A stretch of 57,950 bases of DNA, filler included, from Sphacelaria rigidula (taxonomy: Eukaryota), in NCBI GenBank assembly GCA_964200075.2. It is 7 parts of 7 records of this genome, joined end to end, with 100 filler letters (N's around TTAATTAATTAA, not from the genome) between each part and the next. Parts side by side here need not be neighbours in the genome. Positions count along the whole stretch, not along the records: positions 16,588 to 24,780 come from CAXNAA020011962.1; positions 24,881 to 33,073 come from CAXNAA020011963.1; positions 33,174 to 41,366 come from CAXNAA020011964.1; 4 more parts are not named here. One strand, given 5' to 3'. Position 1 is the stretch's first letter. Every line of letters starts with the position of its first letter. A model generated the notes under the pieces. The model was given only the letters and a program-made list of their open reading frames with translations. It was not told the DNA's origin and did no database searches. This document shows positions 24,288 through 37,400 of the stretch, one piece after another. The translations under genes and the position numbers were made by a program.

Positions 24288-24720
24288 AACCGTAGTTGGG
24301 CGAAGCTACCCGCGTATGCGATGGCATGGGCAAAGCGGTAATAATTGGTACTTGAAAAACGCACAATGCCACCACGTGAGTGCAGTAGACGCGTGGGTGA
24401 GCTGTCTATAAGGTCGGTTCCAGATGAGCGTATTGGGAATGGCTTGAAACCGCCATCTTTCATGGCAATGCTTTGGGAACAAATGTAAGGCGGCCTGACG
24501 CTCAAGTCCCACCTGGAACGCGGGGATGATTCGTATCCATCCCCCCGGAATACCCGGGGACGGCAGAAAATTTTCTAGCACGGAAATATGGCATTTTTCA
24601 AAACGTTCTCACAGAGCCGAAAGTACTATTTTTGCACCATTTTTTGTTCATGTTTCTCGTCTCTCCGGCCTTCTACCGAATGCCTATTCTCTGTGTCAAT
24701 GATATCGGTGCACATAGCCG

Positions 24721-24780
24721 GTCGCCCCGGTGGCTCAGTTGGTAACCTCGTAACCTTCTGACGGTTGAGTTGGGGGGTTC
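24721..24780 (+). mobile_element. tRNA-derived SINE head (cut by contig end)
   Basis: Pol III A-box TGGCTCAGTTGG and start of B-box GGTTC. Homologous to the 25051 and 42727 copies. Confidence 0.65.
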
Positions 24781-24880
24781 NNNNNNNNNNNNNNNNNNNN
24801 NNNNNNNNNNNNNNNNNNNNNNNNTTAATTAATTAANNNNNNNNNNNNNNNNNNNNNNNNNNNNNNNNNNNNNNNNNNNN

Positions 24881-24937
24881 CTCCGGGTTCTCATCCTCAA
24901 TGAAAATCTCCATCCTCAACATAGATGATCGGCTGTT
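24881..24937. mobile_element. End of a palindromic MITE (38260-38705 family)
   Basis: ctccgggttctcatcctcaatgaaa...gatgatcggctgtt matches 38648-38704. Confidence 0.8.
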
Positions 24938-25050
24938 AACAGCACGTTTATTAGTACACGAACTCGCTTGCGAAACTCGCTTGCGGGGTAAGTGTTGGTT
25001 GGGTTTCCTCCTTCCGTCAAGATTTTTAAAAAATATATACGAGTAGCGGT

Positions 25051-25151
25051 GGCCCCGGTGGCTCAGCTGTTAACCTCAACACCTTCTGATGATCGGGTCG
25101 TGGGTTCAAATCTCGGTGTGGTCACACGAGCTGGGATTTTTTCTCACACGA
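25051..25151 (+). mobile_element. tRNA-derived SINE head
   Basis: ggccccggTGGCTCAGCTGT...GGTTCAAATCtcggtg...ctgggattttttctcacac: A and B boxes, no intact cloverleaf. The post-tRNA body is shared with the 42727 copy. Confidence 0.7.
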
Positions 25152-26046
25152 TGCCCAACAGTTATTCATGAGCGTGCACGCAACTCGATTGCCCAACGTA
25201 CCACGCAGTTCCGTCGCTGATCTCGACCATGAAGGAAGATGCCCAAGTTTTCGCCAACAAAAAATAAACGAGGCATATACCCAACTACTGCAGTGTATCT
25301 ATCCCTGGGTTCAGCTCGTGCTCTTAGCTGCAGGGTTGCGATGGTGGCTGAGAATGAGTTGGATGGAGCTCGCATGATCCTATGAATAGTTGTCATCTGG
25401 CGTGGTGGCCTGTAAGATGGAAGTCAAGTGCCGCTTCTTGCCGGTCGGCCACACGTTCTCGATCGAAAATAATTATTTTTCGTGCCAAATGGTTTTCTCC
25501 GCGCACCACTAATTGTAATCTAAGTTGAAGCCTTCTAGGAACAGAAATGCGGTGGACCTATCAGATCAGCAAACAAAAAAAATGATTGCACGTTTTCGAT
25601 CGAAAAAAACATACGAAGACACACCCCTACAGCGAAAGGGCATCCGAGTCTGGTACAGTACTCATTTTCCGAGTGAAAATGATGCCAACTCGCCAAAAGG
25701 ACGGGGGTGCACCTGTGGGCAGATCGCCTCGCACGTCGGTAGTCAAAGGGACAGACGAAATCCTTGACCCTTCGACCGCCAAACCTTTTGTGTCTGCACT
25801 GCTGAATCGGCATCACGATCACTTACAAAATATGTGCTAGGTTCGGGCGTCCATGACAAGGTGTCACGCAGTGCTTTGATCTAGCAACAGCGTCACGTAG
25901 GTGAAGGGGCATCATATTCACTTGAACAGTGACGGTCAGATTAGTAACTGACGCACCCATGCGTATCGCACCTGTGTGAATTGTTTCTGGGTCCGATTTA
26001 TAGTTTATGATCGTCGTTTGCCCTACGACGAAGCTTGGAGTGGTTA

Positions 26047-26175
26047 GCCTGTGACCACGGAAGGCGTCCCCATCAGATGCCCAGTTCAAAGTACTGCAAA
26101 GATATCAGAACCGTTTTTAATGTGAAGACAACAACAACAAAAGCAAAAACAACAATAACAACAACAAAGCAAACA
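26047..26175 (+). mobile_element. Short retroposon with (CAA)n tail, copy 2
   Basis: Same core as 1725-1823, followed by gtgaagacaacaacaacaaaagcaaaaacaacaataacaacaac. Confidence 0.7.
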
Positions 26176-29100
26176 GCAAAAAGTCCAGATGAGCGCTATC
26201 GTACGAGGTGGGCAGGCGGAGTCTCACGTAACCTCCTATTCTTCGACTTCGCGGATCAGCTGCTTTTCGCCTTGAAAAGATTTTCTCTGATATGTCTGTA
26301 CCATCCTCGACGTACGTACGTGCCTTTTTCCTACATACCTCACCACGTCTTACGTCACCAGCATTGATCGAATTAAACATGCTCAATCATTGTTATCCGA
26401 GTACGTCCCTCGTGACCGGGAGCTGGGTTCGTGGCGGATCAGTTCACGCGCACCCGTTACCACCTCTTATTGCTGTTGCCTGGTGGGCTATTCAACTCTA
26501 AACTCTTCAAGTTCAAAATCAAACATCACAGGGTTGGACGGACAGATTGCGATTATTTCCCCCTCCCTCTCTGCAGTGCTTTCCAAATCCTTTCACCGCG
26601 CAGGGGTGTCCATCTGCGGCCGCTCAGAGAAGTTATGCACCAATTCGAAGGCAGGTCGTCGAGTGCGACCATACATGTCGGGTCTCGCCCACAAGGCCAG
26701 AATAAGTAGAAGTGGGTGCGCATACATTATTGCAGTATGAATAAGTTCGGTGCACAGCGCAAGTGTCGGTCCGCGCGTTTTGCTTTATGGCACAACCATT
26801 GCACATGAACACGTACGACACTCGCGGGCTTTGGAACGCGCCAACTTACTGGCGGGCTGGTTATGATCGGTTTCACGTAGACGTCACCACACAGGGCACA
26901 AACGCACGTCCGTCAGCACCTTGGCAATCCAAACTCAACTTGTAACAAAGAAAGACTGACTTCACGATTATCATGTCCTCGTACGTTGCTTACGTAGAGC
27001 AGCGCAAACGGGGGAGGCGACGCAAGTCGTCCTGAAGTATTCAAGTATATTTAAAGTATTCAGATATTGGGGGGGTTAGATAGGGTCATACAGTATTGCT
27101 ATGAAGCAACAGCGAAGACACCGGCGCCAGCTGATATAAGCACATGCACGCTAGCCTCAATCACATGAAACACACCGCGGCGAAGTAGCTCCTGTTCTCA
27201 CAATATGTCCATCACCATTGCATAGCTCTGTATATCGATGTACAGCCGGTTGCGCTGAAAATAATCAAAAACAGATGGCTAGCAGCAGTACAGCGGTGCA
27301 CAACAGACACGAGTACAACAGTACACTTGTATCTCAACACAACACAACATTCAGTACCAGTACCTGCCTGTAGTGCAAAGACAGACGGTGCAATCTGCAG
27401 TAACCAACGTACAGTGCAGAAACCGGGCGCCTGCCAGGTCTACATCCTTCGACACATGCACAAGTGATGAAAAAATACTACCACCGTCATAACGCGATGC
27501 CCAACACAACTCACCGTCTATCCAGGCTGTATGGTATTCCCTTGCGATCTGCCGTGAGAGAATCCGAAGTCGTCTGGTCGCTGTGCCTGATGGATCTCAG
27601 GGGTCTCGTCGAGCACCGTCATATGCTAGAGGGGAATGAGCTCTGACATTGTTTTATATAAAACGCTATGTTTCTATGTTCCTGTTTTCGCACGAGTATA
27701 TTCATTTGAAAGTCGACAGAATGACGGAATCATTTTTCTACTCGGCTGAAACCGTTTCACTCACGACTGTACTATTGTATAACGACCACTCCAGAAGAAG
27801 AAAAAAAAAGTACAAGCGACAGAGTGGTACATTGTGCACGCGATGTAGTTGCACCCACAACAACAAACTTCCTCCAGCCAGCACACTCGGCCAAGGTAGC
27901 TAGTCTGTCTCCACACCCACATCCACCATTTGAGTGAAGGGTTCAATAGCTCGCAATCAAATCGTACCAGGTGAGAGAGGGTGTGCGTAGTGAAGCGGGG
28001 CGGGGCAAGATTCCGACGACACTCCGTCGTGATCGTAATACTGGATGCCCCGTCCCGGTCTTTCGATTCGTCTCATCTTTCGTGTTGGGCCTTGAGCAGC
28101 AGCTATTATTCTGAAGGTAACGGTGTCCGGGACGAACGAGCGACAGACCAGCAGTTACGCACTCAAGCACATATGCTTGCACGTCGTGTGCATCAAGGCT
28201 AGACTGATGAGACAGGCAACGGACTACAACGCTGAAACTGTATTTTCGGTGCGAGTCCTCTTCCTTGCTTCATTCGTCAGGGTAGTCATCTTCACGTGCG
28301 GAGATCGTTGTGATCGGCACAAAATGTTGACCTGTACCGTTCGTTCTTCTAAAACCAACGAATCGGGGAGCATTGAGAGTTGAGTGCTGAAACTCTTGGA
28401 ATTGGGTCAAATCGAGCACTCGAATTGCCTTTCCTATGCCGGCGTTTTCGTTCATGACAGCAAAACAAAAGGCGGGCCCTCTAGCCGTCGAAAGTTCGCC
28501 AGCTTTTTGTCACGCGATAATCCGTCGCACACCGACGCACCGCACCGCACAGTGGTGAGCATCAAGCATGCGGACACCGCTCGGGGTTTACCAGACCATT
28601 GACGCGTGGAGATGTCACATTATCGAAAATATACATCTCAAGCAAACAAATAAGATATTGTCTGTACGCAAACGTGTATCTAAGCATGAAAGTTGTGTGT
28701 GCAGGTATGGAAAGCGTATCGATGTGAAGTTGCAGTCGTCTTCATTCTCTGCATCTTTGCCTTATCGTTATTTTGCACCACACATAGGGCGGAGTGGAGT
28801 GGAGGGGACGGGGGGGGGGGTCGTGATGCGGGTCGTTGAACAGTCAGTACCGCACTGCGTATTGTACTGTACTGACTGTACAATCGATTGATTGACTGCA
28901 CATCGTGTCCAACATGTTTGCGCCGAAATTTGGCAAAGAAACACGGCGTGTGTGTATGAGAGAGAGGGGAAAGGAAGAGAGCCAGTGTCGCCACGACGAG
29001 TTTTGACTTGGGTCTTGAGGGGCTCGTCGTTTTCTTCTGTTTCTCTCCTTGGGGCTACAGCAGTACGACGCACGTTTCGCCTCTTCTACTATTCGAGACG

Positions 29101-30194
29101 AGTCGTTTAGAATAGCTGTATGATGACAGCGAACACACCCTCGAAAAGCTGTTGACGGACTACCGACCGTAGAACACGTAAAATGCGCCACACGCAAAAG
29201 GGGGTCACAACGGCGCCATCGGCACGTGCTGCTTGAATACACCACGTTGCCTTTTGCATCCCAAGCAAAATGCAACCGCACTTCGTGGCTGTTTCTCGGG
29301 GGTTTGAGATAGGGTGCTGTGTCTAGTGGTCGAGAACGAAAGCCACACCAGCCGCGGAGAGGCCGGCATCGAAATGTGCATCACACATCAGAGCAGGTCG
29401 ATTGTGGCACAGCGAGTCGCCTCTGCGCGCGCGTGTCCCCATTGCGTGCTGCGGGTAGCCGCTTCTCTCCCCAGTTCGGGCACTTGTGTCTGAAAAAACT
29501 GTCTCATTGTGTTCTTTTGCAAAAGTGTTGCCGCACTTTTCTAGAGAAAAAGCGGCAGTGCTTCCGCCGTTTCTCTCCGCATGCGCATACACCGCGACCG
29601 TGTCTTGTATTTATACGATCACGTGTTGCACTCACTGACTGTGATGCGCTGTCGTCACTGACGGCCCATTCATTTTCCAAGTTAGCAATAAGTTGGTTCA
29701 CTTTCGCGCCAAGCCAATGACGGACGACACAGCGCGCGTGCCTGTTCCGTTCGCAGTTACTCACTATTGGCAGTAACTTACCCCCCCCTCCAAGCACACA
29801 CACACATGCAACATGCAACCCCGTAAGGTTTTCTCGAAGCACGATTCCCGATTCAACACTACTGTACTTCAAGACAAGCTGTAAGAAACGGGGAAATAAG
29901 AAAAAAAGATACTACGACGAAGTACAAAGATTTTGGTGAAATTCGAGTTTTCACTGGGCAGCACCTGTTCATGTGGACACATCTTGCTCTCAGTATAGGA
30001 AGAATGACTCTCCGCTCCGCCTCTTCCCACACCTTCTCATTTCTCCCTGACCGCGCCCGACTTCTCCGAACTTGCAGCCCGGCCACAAACTTCGAGAATT
30101 CTGATCTTTCTGTTCGGCCCCCAGCGGAAAAACTATTGTGCCCAGAGGGATCCGAAAGGGGAAGGAGCATCGATAGAGAGGAAGGAAGGGTAGG

Positions 30195-30780
30195 GGAACG
30201 CCGCGCAATTCAACAATCAAGAGAAGACCGGATAACGTCAAGGTGCACGGCGTTGTTGAGCTCCCAACCGCGCCAGCGAGAACCAGTAGAAGCCGGATCA
30301 GGGGATTTTTCCGGTCAGCGGGCGAACAATCACAATTATCCGAGTGACCAATAATTAGATACGACACGAAAGAGGTACACACGGGATATTACATAGTTGA
30401 ACCCCGCCCACCCGGTCACTTATATCGCTGCCTTTGGAATGGACGCAGCCCTCAAGAATATGCAAGACTCTACCACAGACAATCGTCACTTTCCTGCGGA
30501 GTTGATCTCCGTAGATCCTAACGGACTCATCGTCGGAGGTGAGTTCAGTAGTCACTACAATGTAGGATGGTACGGATGTTTGGTTGGGTGCAGTGCGGTG
30601 TCGTTTTCCTTGCGGAAGGTTATCCGCCATGTACCGAGCATTTGCACCGTTTCTTCTTTGCACTGAACGGCGGAAAAGATGAATGATGGACGTCTGTAGC
30701 CAGGTACCACAGTATTTCTCTAGTGGAAATTTTCTCCCTCGCCGTCGCCGTATGCTATATAAGTACCGACCGCTGCCCAC
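30195..30780 (-). pseudogene. Degenerate Tc1/mariner (IS630-family) transposase remnant
   Basis: ORF 30355..30780(-) contains NGANARYMA...LTSDDES...HILEGCV. Downstream, in another frame: (W>stop)PEKSPDPA...VHLDVIRSSLDC, resembling WPxxSPDLNP and the C-terminal helix. Multiple stops. Confidence 0.4.
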
Positions 30781-32110
30781 GACTACTGTAGAGGTATCTC
30801 AAATTTGAGGTTATTTCTTCAGTTGATCGTTTGAGACAACTCTACTGCTTTTTGTCCGTTTTGCCGTACAGTACTCTACTTGATTTGGAACCCAGCCGAA
30901 AACAGGCCATGCTTTCTGTCATTTTTGCGTGTATTCCATTTCGATCTGCGCGGGTACACGTACCTCAACCAAGCCCCAACGTATGTCGTACGGAGTTCTC
31001 TCTCACTTGTGTCGAACACCGACGTTAACCTCAACCCAAGGCATTGCGACAACTCTTGGGGAGAGGGCGGAGGTGCAGAGGGCGCTCTAGACTGAGTGCT
31101 TCTTGGAAGAGCTCGAGTCGGTGCACAGTAGTCAGACGCGTGCTGCCACCTGGGACTATCCGCCCCCAACAGCCCCGGATGTGACCATCTGCCCTGAAAT
31201 CTGGTGTTGACCCAGTGTGGAATTTGACGACGTGGAGATTCTTCGTCGTTCTTGTGAAGAGAATTTCGCGTGTCTCAACAGCGATACAATCTCAGCTTCT
31301 GTCGTTGTCCATGGTGTTGGAAAACATCAGTGCTCCAGTGTGTTTCATGCCGTTCAGCGCTCGCACAGCCCCGATATTGCACACCAAACCGCAGTGCATT
31401 GCACTGCATAATTTTGTCCTCGAGCAATGAAAATGACGATATTAAGTGCTTGCGGCAGATGTCAAACGGGCGCAGGGAGACGCAATTCGAGTGAAATGCG
31501 CTCGCGATCTCTGGGTACCTTTGCTGCTGACGCCGAAGGCTTGCACATCCTTCCGGATCAAAGCGGATGAGACGGCCATTGCGGCCGGTTTGAAGCTTCA
31601 TTATCCCCATCTCTCCATGTGCCGACCGTACATGGAAACGCCACCTAGCAAAACCTTCGCAAATGGGACGATCCCCACACCAGCCTCCTCGGGAGAATTC
31701 CGACAAAAGTTTGTGATCACGTGTGTACGAAATTTCTTGGGAAATTGGCGATGCGTCCTGTTGCATGTTGTTCTACTGTGTACTCTGTTCTGTTCTCTGC
31801 TGTATTGTATTGCGCTGTGATATATGATGTTGTACCGTACGTTCGCGGGTCCATGGTGGACGGAGCCCTGTCCGCAAGATCATATAAATCCATGTGAAGC
31901 ATAGCCTGTCGTGGCACTTATGTCCAGTATCAGCAAAGCAAACCCTAGCCTAAACCCTGCACATTCATCCGGGTAGTGCCCCAAGAAGCGTCAACAACGC
32001 AAGCTCAGACCCCTGCTCATTGTACAACCCTCGGTTTCTGGTCCCAAGGCATGGAATTGTTGGTCTAGATCACCGCACGTGGCGGTATCACGCACACCCT
32101 CGAAAAAACA

Positions 32111-32318
32111 GTGTGTGTGTGTTGTCGTCCCATTGATTCTGGACGCCGGTCTACACCTTCCGGTATATGTGGGCGGACCAGCCGGAGTCACACAGGAGGA
32201 AGCTAATACACGATTTACTTATTTTTTGCTTCTTTACCTTCCTTCTGATATCTGCGGCGTTTGCCTTTATTTTTTATCGCGAGAGGGGTTCAGTAGTCCC
32301 CTTTCCCTCGTCGACCAT
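32111..32318 (-). mobile_element. Short retroposon with (CA)n tail, copy 2
   Basis: Colinear with 1437-1660. Confidence 0.75.
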
Positions 32319-32843
32319 TCATTCGTGCAGAAACGATGAATCTCAGCGGCCCAACAAATTTTCACCCGAGAGTCTCGTCTGGGCACCGTGAACTCCACAC
32401 TGTACTCGAGTTAGGCGTAAGAGCTAATGTTGGCATTTTATCGTGAATCTGCAATCTTTGTATTGAAGTGAAGGACAGAGGTGGAAATATTTCCAACTTG
32501 TATCTTCCATCTTGGGCGTAAGACCAACTTCTATGACAACGGAAATATTTCCAACTTGTATCTCGATTTTTTGCATGTATGTGCATCAGGCCAACTCGAT
32601 TATAGGAGCCGTTCAAAATTTCGGTCGAAAACTGCCTTTTGGGCCCTTCTCCGTCGATTCACGCCCGAAAAGAGGGCTAGGCGGATGTTGACGCTTTGGA
32701 ATGACTTGCTCCATTCGTTGAGACCGTTTTTGGGTAGCTTTGCATTTCCCGCAGGCCGCACTTTTGTATTTAGCCAAATGAGGCCAAACACGGATTTTCA
32801 GTAAAAAACACTCAGGTGATCACAATTTCCCCCTGTTTTTTTT

Positions 32844-33073
32844 CGAGCTGGGCCAGCCTCGAGGATGCATGAACGTTTGCAGGCGGATGCGTCGGCCAAT
32901 AATTGGAGTTAGACCCTGAAATTTAGTATCGATAATGCATGGGGCATAATAAAAAACCGTGAAGAAGCACATTGAGTTTTTTTTTTTCTTCGTGAGATAA
33001 GGGCGTTTTGCTGAAACCTGAAAACTGATTATTGCCCTTAACTCACGAAAAAAAAAAAACTCAATGTGCTTCT
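32844..33073. mobile_element. Hairpin (foldback) family copy, cut by contig end inside its hairpin
   Basis: Starts cgagctgggccagcctc. Contains the reverse complement of the family loop (cctgaaaactgattattgccc) between agaagcacattgagtttt / aaaactcaatgtgcttct arms. Confidence 0.85.
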
Positions 33074-33428
33074 NNNNNNNNNNNNNNNNNNNNNNNNNNN
33101 NNNNNNNNNNNNNNNNNTTAATTAATTAANNNNNNNNNNNNNNNNNNNNNNNNNNNNNNNNNNNNNNNNNNNNCTTCATGCGACTCGCCGAACACACCAC
33201 GGTGCTTCGTGCTTGGTGGTTTGAGTGTAAGCCTGGCCCGGCGAAAACCCGGCGTCCTTCGTCCCGGCAGCGCAGACGCGAGCGCTCAAACCAGAAGCAG
33301 CTGGCCTTGTGACTATGTTAGGATCTGACGAAGGGGGGCAATAATCCATGTCCTGCTAGCGATACAGAAGGTGACCCGTAAGCCGGGCGAGCTCCCCTGT
33401 GTGTCTTGTGCGGGAAGGGGGGCCGGAG

Positions 33429-33575
33429 CCGTTGTCGTATCTTGCGGCACGTTCATCACAGTACTCGGATATGTCGATGGAGGTAATGGAGATGGAGTTC
33501 GGTGGATTCATGGCTGCCGGAACATTTGCAGAGGCGATGGACATTCCTGAGGCGTGCAATATTGTAGACGCCTAG
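33429..33575 (+). pseudogene. Possible Copia pol remnant (integrase-RT linker)
   Basis: ..AGTFAEAMDIPEA.. resembles the Copia P.T+.EAM..PEA motif. Short and degenerate. Confidence 0.3.
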
Positions 33576-33585
33576 TGGTTGTAGA

Positions 33586-34170
33586 CGAGCTGGGCCAGCC
33601 TAGAAATGGATTTAAGCTCCCGAGGCAATATCTCATCGACACAGACGAGTTGGGCCGTGATATGCATATCGTATTGATCGTCTGATCGAGGGGAATGTTC
33701 CTATCTGCTCAATAGTTTGGACCAATATTTTATCCTTGATTGAACCCCATGTCGAGTAATTCCTATACCGTACGGAGATAGCGTCTATACTAAAATTTAC
33801 ATGAAGCCCCGAACGAAACATTCAGCGGATGACGATTTTTGATGTGAACATTCCCTGGAGCACGGGGAGACGGGATATACCCTTGCCTTCACCCAAGTCG
33901 TTCTATATCTCGAGATATAGCGCACATAGGGTTCCACACTAAAACCAATATATTACTAGCAAAGGCACCAGAGCTAGATGCCCTAAATCTGGATATCGCG
34001 TCTCAGTATTTGAAAGTTGTGCTATGAAATCCCGTATGGACAACCGCTAGCACCTAATAATAATAAAACAAACAAGCTTTTTCTCATTTTTCTAGGGAAG
34101 TTTTGATGAGAAATAAACATTTCTAGTGGACCTTTGCTCATTCTTCAGCCCAATTTCTAGAATTGTGATT
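33586..34170. mobile_element. Hairpin (foldback) family copy, left part
   Basis: Starts cgagctgggccagcctagaaa. Colinear with 14302-14560 and 47912-48370. Confidence 0.8.
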
Positions 34171-34433
34171 ATCACCCTACTCTCTTCCTCTCGTCGACGA
34201 CATTCACGTAGACGAATTAGCAAGCTCATTTTTAGGACTTTCCGAGCTCCGAAAGTGATGAATCGGCGGTAGCCCAAGTCTTCCCGAACGACTGGTAACC
34301 CTCTGCCACCATCCCCGCCGCCTCTGTCATTTCACGCTACTCGCTATGGCGTTCGTTATTCCCCGTGCATTTGCTGCTCGTGGTTTTCGGGCGGTCTCGA
34401 CTGCTGGATCGTGCTGGACCGAAATATAACGTC

Positions 34434-37400
34434 ATGGCAATGGCTGATGTAACGGCAAATTGCAGCCGTCATCTGTACACCGAGCTCCGACGGTGCTGGG
34501 AGACGTGAGTATATATATGACGATAGCTTTTGTCGGGAAACTGAACAGCGGTTCTTATTTGCGTACCCAATGATGGAAATTGAGGGTGGCGAAAGTGTGT
34601 GCGAACTCACGCAATGTCGCGAGGGTCCAATTGCTCGGGTAAATGGTGTTCGTCGTCGGGAGCAGCAACGTTATAGCCTTACAGATGGATGTGGATCATT
34701 TTCGTAGCTCATTCTAGAACGCCAGCGAAAACAAAAGACGCAAAAATCATCCAGATTAGTGTGTGAAGAACGAACACTCTGGATGTCGCAGATCATCGCG
34801 AGCCAAGGACAGCAACGTTTTGCCAACGCTTGAGTAACATTCCAACCGTGAGAGATTATTGGGTGCTTCATTCATGAAATGGCGTGTTTTCCCCAAGCAC
34901 TTGGGAAAATGGAAACCGCTGACGGTAGCCATGGATCTGCTTGATATTCACAGGTACATCACGCATCCTTGTGAACCCGACCACCTGTTGTAGAATATCG
35001 TTGGGCTTTTCAGTCAACCTCCGCCCGGAGAATTGTCGAATTTTCTGACGCTACGCAATGCAGGGAAAGGGCTAGGATGGATGCAGATGACTCGAAGCAA
35101 AGTGGTGGCAGCAAAGAAGGGCGCGGAAGGAAATGGTATAAAGGTGTGACACTGTTTCGCGCGCTCGTGAGGGCCTGCAGGGGGAAACTGCTCCGGATGA
35201 GCTTACTTCTCGTGGCGAAGAGTGCGGTAAACATCTTTCAAGTGAGACTTCTTACGGAATCCCCTTGGGCAAGGTATCATCTACGTTTTGGAAGAAACCT
35301 GTGCAGGTTTGTGTTCATCTCAAGTCCCTCGCAATATCTCAGCCTTTCACCAGCTAACAAGACATAGTATGCAGCGAAAAATAGAGGAAACATGTCAGCA
35401 TATATATACCGTCGGAACATTTCAACCCACCGTACTCGAGGAAATCTCTGGGGTGTGTCACAATAAATTATATACAAAAATTTGGAGAGAATTCAGCACG
35501 GCATCGTAGCTTACAGCATCAGCTCCATGTGTCGGCGCTTCCCCTACAGCAAGAATCCAGCGGAGCACGAGGGAGCCGCCGCAGAGTGCCATGTTCATAT
35601 TCCGCTCCTCGTCCCACACGAAACATTGGAGGCCACTTTGGGCCCAAATTTCCCTCCACTTAAATTAACGGCGATCTCACCACCACCTGCGTGTCGCTAA
35701 CAGCGTGCAACACCCACCACAATTACAAAGGACGCAGTTGCGCTACGGCGGCGGACGACATGTTAGTTTCGCATGATTAGTCTGGCCTAGAATATCCCAA
35801 CTTACATCACGACTACGTTGTTTTCCAAGAGTACGTACGCTACGATTTTCTGCAAAACATGCCAGATCTGGCTCACCGGAGTCATGCGATCCGGGCGCCC
35901 AGAGCGGCGGCGAAGCTACTTTCAAGTCTCGCCCATTGCTGTGATCAGCCGGCACGTGTTCGATCTGGGCAAGGAAGCGTGCAATTGCGGATACACTCCG
36001 GTAACACATAGCTTAGTTCTTGTAGACGCAGAATGCAAAAAATACGGCACAGACCCAATAGATGCCCCATTAGGGATTTCCGGAGGGCGGGTGATGTCTG
36101 CCGCAACCTCATATTTCTCGTGTCGCCGTTGTGTCTTGCTTGTAATGGGTGACCAGGTGATCGCTCTGGGATGGCTCGTGGGCTACTTCGTGGACGAGAG
36201 TGCGGATAGCTGGGAGGGTTGGATACCGGCGCTCTGTGTTGTGGTCTCAACCATAATTTTCAAGTACGTCGCATCTGCCTGTGCAAACTGTGCCTTGACG
36301 ATACTGTCCGTTCTCGTTTGACGGTTCATTTCGTACGAGAATTGCGTTTGACGCACCGCGGAATGTTGTCGCCACGGGCATTGAATTCTACGCAAGAGAT
36401 CGACGACGTGGTGTAACACGCGTGTCGCAATGACACTTTCGAGCACTAAAAGAGCGATAACGATTCCATGTTGACGCGCATGGTTTGGAATTGCACTGCA
36501 TCTTGCAATTCGTCACCAAAATATGCCTCCTTCTCCCTCCTCGCTCCTGCCTCTGCCATATATTGCCGTGACCGACGGGACGAAACGGTGGTGGAACGAA
36601 ACGCCATTCAAAATGATCCCACGTGGTCAGCAGTTTACTCGTCCACATGTACTTTTTCCAGGGGAACACGTTGGGAATGGAAGTAAGGATCATGACAACG
36701 ACCATCATCTACGACAAGATACTGCGACTAAGACTCAGCTCTCTTGGGCAGGTGAAATTGTGTGTTGCTGCATTGATTTGTCGTGCTTTACAGCTATGTG
36801 CCCAATGATGTTTTGTGGGCCAGTATGTTGTTGTACCTCGACATACGATATCGAAGCATTGAATACGGAAGAGGCCAAACAGCTCATGGCAACAGCAGAC
36901 GATTTGGGATCAACTTTCGAGCATACCTTCGATTTCTCGTGACAACTCCAACAGGTGACGACCGGACACCTGGTGAACGTTGCCACCTCGGACGTGGAAC
37001 GGTTCCAGTTCGGTGCAACGTTCTTCCTGTTGCTGTGGGAGGCGCCGCTCGAAACTTTGGTCGTCCTGTACTTCGGCGTCTCCATCGCGGGAGCATCTTT
37101 TGTCGCCGGATATGCCGCCCTGGCCGTTCTTGTGCCCATGCAGGCAGGTACCTTGTAGCTGCGTGCCCTAAGGCAGCCCGTCATGCTAGTAGCGCTAGGT
37201 CGACGTTGGCTCTGCATCTCCTCAGGATGCCTTCAGATCGCTGTCGTTCTATGTACGAGGTGTACCTCGCACCTGCCTACATAACTACTCGATCGCATAG
37301 CAGCAATCGTCAGAGAAACGAACGTGGGATATAAACTTCCGCCTTTTCTCGTTGACCTATCGTCCACCGACATGTAGAGTCATGAAAAAAGAAAAATAGG

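Noticed and set aside
25051..25125. tRNA gene (also 24721 and 42727)
   Set aside because: A and B boxes are present, but acceptor and anticodon stems do not pair and the copies share downstream non-tRNA sequence: SINE heads.
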